This document shows positions 60,585 to 64,000 of a DNA stretch of 64,000 nt, piece by piece (position 1 is the first letter of the stretch; the number at the start of each line of letters is the position of its first letter). The translations under genes were made by a program, and so were the position numbers. Source of the DNA: Tilletiaria anomala UBC 951 (taxonomy: Eukaryota); contig NW_013547018.1 of assembly GCF_000711695.1 (NCBI RefSeq), forward strand, positions 62,001-126,000. The letters are read 5' to 3'. The notes below the pieces were generated by a model, which saw only the letters and a program-made list of their open reading frames with translations, was not told the DNA's origin and ran no database searches.

Positions 60585-61737
60585 ATGTCCCGCGGCGACC
60601 CCCCGCTCCCATCGCCCCATCATGATGCACACCGAAGGCGGCCGAGGCGACACGGCCGTCGAATGGCAGCAGGGCCCATCTGGCTGATCGCCAGCTGCCT
60701 GCTGCTGGTGCTTCTAGGCATGCTTGCGCTTCCACTCGCTGTGCCTTCTCTTTTCGTATCAGCTCGGGACGTGGAGCAGGTCCAGCAGTTCTTTGACGCG
60801 CACTCGGCGGCCGGGGGCAACGCTGGGGGGCATACGAACAACTGGGCTGTGCTCGTCTGTGCTTCAAAGTTTTGGTTCAATTACAGAGTACGTCCTCGGT
60901 TTCGCCGTCTTCCACATACGCACCGTTGGCCTTCGCGAGTCTGACTCTTGGGTACCACTGCGCATGGTTACGCAGCACATGGCGAACACACTCGGCATGT
61001 ACCGGACAGTCAGGCGGCTCGGTATTCCCGATTCGAACATCATCCTCATGCTCGCCGACGACGCGGCTTGCAACTCTCGGAATCGCTCACCGGGAAACGT
61101 TTGGGCGCAGAGCTCAAAAACTATTGAACTGTACGGCGACGATGTCGAAGTAGATTACCGAGGCAATGACGTCAGCGTCGAGGGTTTGCTACGGCTTCTT
61201 ACTGGTCGTGTCCCCCCCAACACGCCGCGTTCGAAGCGCCTAGACTCTGATTCTCGCTCAAACATCTTCCTCTACATGACTGGGCACGGTGGTGACGAGT
61301 TCCTCAAGTTCCGAGATCACGAGGAGATCAGCGCCTTCGACCTCGCCGACGCGATCGAGCAAATGTGGCAGAAGCGCAGATACAACGAGCTTTTCTTCAT
61401 GATCGACACGTGTCAGGCGAACACAATGTACAGCAAGATCTACAGCCCCAACGTACTTGCGACGGGCAGCTCAGAGAAGGACGAAAATTCGTACTCGCAC
61501 AACACCGACTTTGAGTTGGGTGTCGCCTTGATCGACCGCTTTACGAATCATGTGCTTGAGTACATGGAGCACATCAACAAGACAAGCGAGGCGACGATGC
61601 AAGACCTCTTCAACAGCTACGACCCCGCACACATCCACTCCAACCCCGGCGTACGCACAGACCTGTTCGGAAGGGAACCATCAAACGTTCGCATCACCGA
61701 TTTCTTCGGTGGCGTCGCGCAAGTAGAGTTAACTTGA
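60585..61737 (+). CDS. GPI8: GPI-anchor transamidase catalytic subunit (peptidase C13)
   Basis: HTNNWAVLVCASKFWFNYR/HMANTL, YMTGHGG (His), MIDTCQA (Cys), ITDFFG; intron 60888-60975. Confidence 0.95.
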
Positions 61738-61856
61738 TCATGCGGCACCACCATCCGTTCCACAGATATGGGAGACACTGTATTTCTAAGTTTTACATTA
61801 CACTCCACTAATCAGCCCTTATTCTGATCTTTGCGTCTTCTTGAAAATACACGCGC

Positions 61857-63567
61857 TCATTTGCACCTAGCATGCACGAGGGCCGGTCCATGCTCATCGT
61901 ACTCCTGCTTGGACAACCACAACGAGTGGAACGTTCCCAAGCTACTCAGGATGCTGCCGCCGATCCAGGACGAGTACTTGCGCTCGACGAGGTTACCGGG
62001 GGAGTGGATTTTGATCTTCTGACCGGCGGCTTTGATGCTGATCTCGTAGCTGAGCCGATCGGTTAGGCCCGGCAACGATGTCGATCCGCCGACGCAGACG
62101 ACGTTCGAGAAGAGCGCTGCGCGGCTGTCGACGTCGGTTGAGTTAATCGCTTGCAGCGCCAAGTCGGCCAACCCGACATAATCGGCTGTTCCCGAGGCCG
62201 GCGCGGGGAGCTACAAAGACGGACACAAAGCTCGTCAGGATGATCACAGCGACAGCAAGCCAGACCAAAGATGCCTCGCAGAGATAAAACTCACGACATC
62301 GCCAACACCCTGCCAGCTTTTGGGGTTGAATAGGATCTCCGGTCCTCGCAGGCGCTCGACGCCAAACGAGTCGTTGTAGCCGTCAGGGAATTCGTACGTC
62401 TTGCTTGGCCGCTGCAATGCATGTGACTCATCCCACGGAATCTCCATCACCTGCGCGCACGCCTCTTTGAAGTCGTTCAGCACCTTGAGCGTGTGGTACA
62501 TCCTGAAGGACTCCGTCGAACCCTGTCATGGAATCTCATGTTCAGTAATTTGCCCTGCTTTAGGCATGCCGGACGGAGGACTGACCTTCAGTCTATCTTC
62601 GCGCAGCTTCACTTGCGGAGGGCGCCCGGGTTCGACTGGAACCTTGGACTGGATCAGGTAATGCGGGAAAATTTCTGTGAGCTTGCCTGCCCGCGGGCTT
62701 TGCGGCGGCGGTTCGCGCAGGGAGTGAAAGAGTGCTCTCGATACAGCACGTCCGCCGATCGGTTGCCGGTGAATGCCTTTCCGCAGGATGAAGCCGTCGA
62801 CGACGGGGATAGCCGACATACTGTTCTCGCCGACGTCGACGATCAGCGCCGTCGGCTTGCCGGCTGCAAAAGCGCTGAGCACTGTCGAGTTGGCAAGATA
62901 GTATGCGGGGACCTGGAGTCCTTCAAATGCGATTTCTGTCATCTCCTCTCGCATCTCTTTGCTGTTCCATGATGGCTCTGTCACCATTAGCGGGTGTTCT
63001 CGCGGGTCCGCTTGCAGCGATGCGCGGAGAGCGTACTCAGTTTGCGCCAAAAAGGATGCGGTTGAGGACACTACGAAAAGATCGGCCAGTGTCAGAAGAG
63101 TGCAATGTTGGAGCGGGCATCGAAGACTCACATGCGCCTTCGTCGTTTAAAGGGCTGGCGATTTCTCCTCCTTCCCGATACATCCCAACAGCAATATCCC
63201 CGAAGAATCTCTTCCTCTTCTCGCCATAGATCTTCGCTCTCCACTTCTCTGCCGCTGCTGAGCTCTTGGAGGTCGAAGCAGCATCTGGCTGCGTCTCATT
63301 TGCGTCGGTCGATGCCCCTGCTGCAGAAGTGGATTTGCCTGTCGGCTCTACGCCTTCCATCGCATCTTCAGCGCTGGTCGTATTTCCGTCTGCCGCAGCT
63401 GCTTTTGAGATTGCATCGCCCCCCTCCTCTGGATCCGGTAGCCATCCATAAGCTGTTGGGATGACGCCCCGCGGAGTGTCTTCGCCTGCCCAGCCGATGC
63501 GAAATGTGGAGGACCCGCAATCCACAACGATGGCGGAGACGTCGTCGCCGCCAAAAATACCCGGCAT
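61857..63567 (-). CDS. ARP4: Nuclear actin-related protein 4
   Basis: [86 protein letters not shown]; three introns. Confidence 0.92.
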
Positions 63568-64000
63568 TTTCGCTTCGGCGCGTTCTGAATATTGTAGCTT
63601 CAGGGACCTGACTATGCGTCGCCTTCTGCGTGGATGTCTGCACTGATGGATGTCGCTCACATGCGCGCCGCCTTGGTATAAGGCGATGGTGTGAGCAGCA
63701 GGAAGAATACATGCGTGCTAGTAAAAGAGTGAGCGCGTTGCGTTCTTTGTGTGGTGTGATAGCGCGCTTGTCGCTCTCCCTATATCACATATAGGTCGCA
63801 GGTCAAACACGTCGCGTCTTCCTCTCCCCTCCTTCTGACTTCAACTCAATAATCTCCCTTTCTTCTAAACCGGCCAGGTTGGTGTTCATGGTAACCTTTC
63901 AATGCAGAAACCCTTAGCCTATGACCACGCACTCGCTGTCAATACGTGTCCTTTTGATATTCCTTGAAAGCAAGCGTTGCTGCAGCGAAGCCAAGCCCTA

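Noticed and set aside
33588..63567. Functional clustering of NuA4 subunits (YNG2, ARP4) or of RNA-processing genes
   Set aside because: Separated by unrelated genes; compatible with chance in a gene-dense region.
63830..64000. Start of a divergent gene (pyrimidine-rich leader, ATG followed by GTAACC at ~63888)
   Set aside because: Too little sequence before the window edge to support a call.
1..64000. tRNA/rRNA genes, CRISPR arrays, intact transposons, telomerase-template motif, TGA-CTA readthrough to cryptic PTS1
   Set aside because: None recognised by eye; the stop-codon contexts checked lack TGA-CTA. Covariance-model searches would be needed to exclude small RNAs.

Overview
Intron-rich, GC-rich fungal chromosomal DNA with GTRAGT donors, CTRAC branch points and YAG acceptors. 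Gene content and style suggest a smut-related basidiomycete (Ustilaginomycotina); this is an inference. About 21 intact protein-coding genes are supported: betaine-aldehyde-type dehydrogenase (cut by the window edge), KEX2, TMEM19/DUF92, ZFYVE19-like zinc finger, quinate-type MFS permease, CHORD protein, ZIM17, a small secreted/GPI protein, UDP-glucose 4-epimerase, PrpF-family isomerase, DCP2, SF3B6/p14, RSM26, YNG2/ING, FAM50/XAP5, TAO3/Furry, MEX67, a HypX/HoxX-like enzyme, a Zn2Cys6 transcription factor, GPI8 and ARP4. There are also two clear pseudogenes (AIM6-like, alpha/beta hydrolase). The most striking item is a spliced, apparently intact homolog of bacterial HypX/HoxX, the formyl-THF -> formyl-CoA -> carbon monoxide enzyme of [NiFe]-hydrogenase maturation. 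It sits in a fungus with no hydrogenase genes nearby, carries an extra ~390-aa low-complexity tail, and lies directly downstream of a Zn2Cys6 regulator. Other notable items are a 3-nt microexon restoring the PrpF MGSPDP motif, an 8-nt microexon in the permease, a GPI8 without a C-terminal membrane anchor, and a patch of gene decay at 27-33 kb. All assignments come from manual motif recognition; no searches were run.
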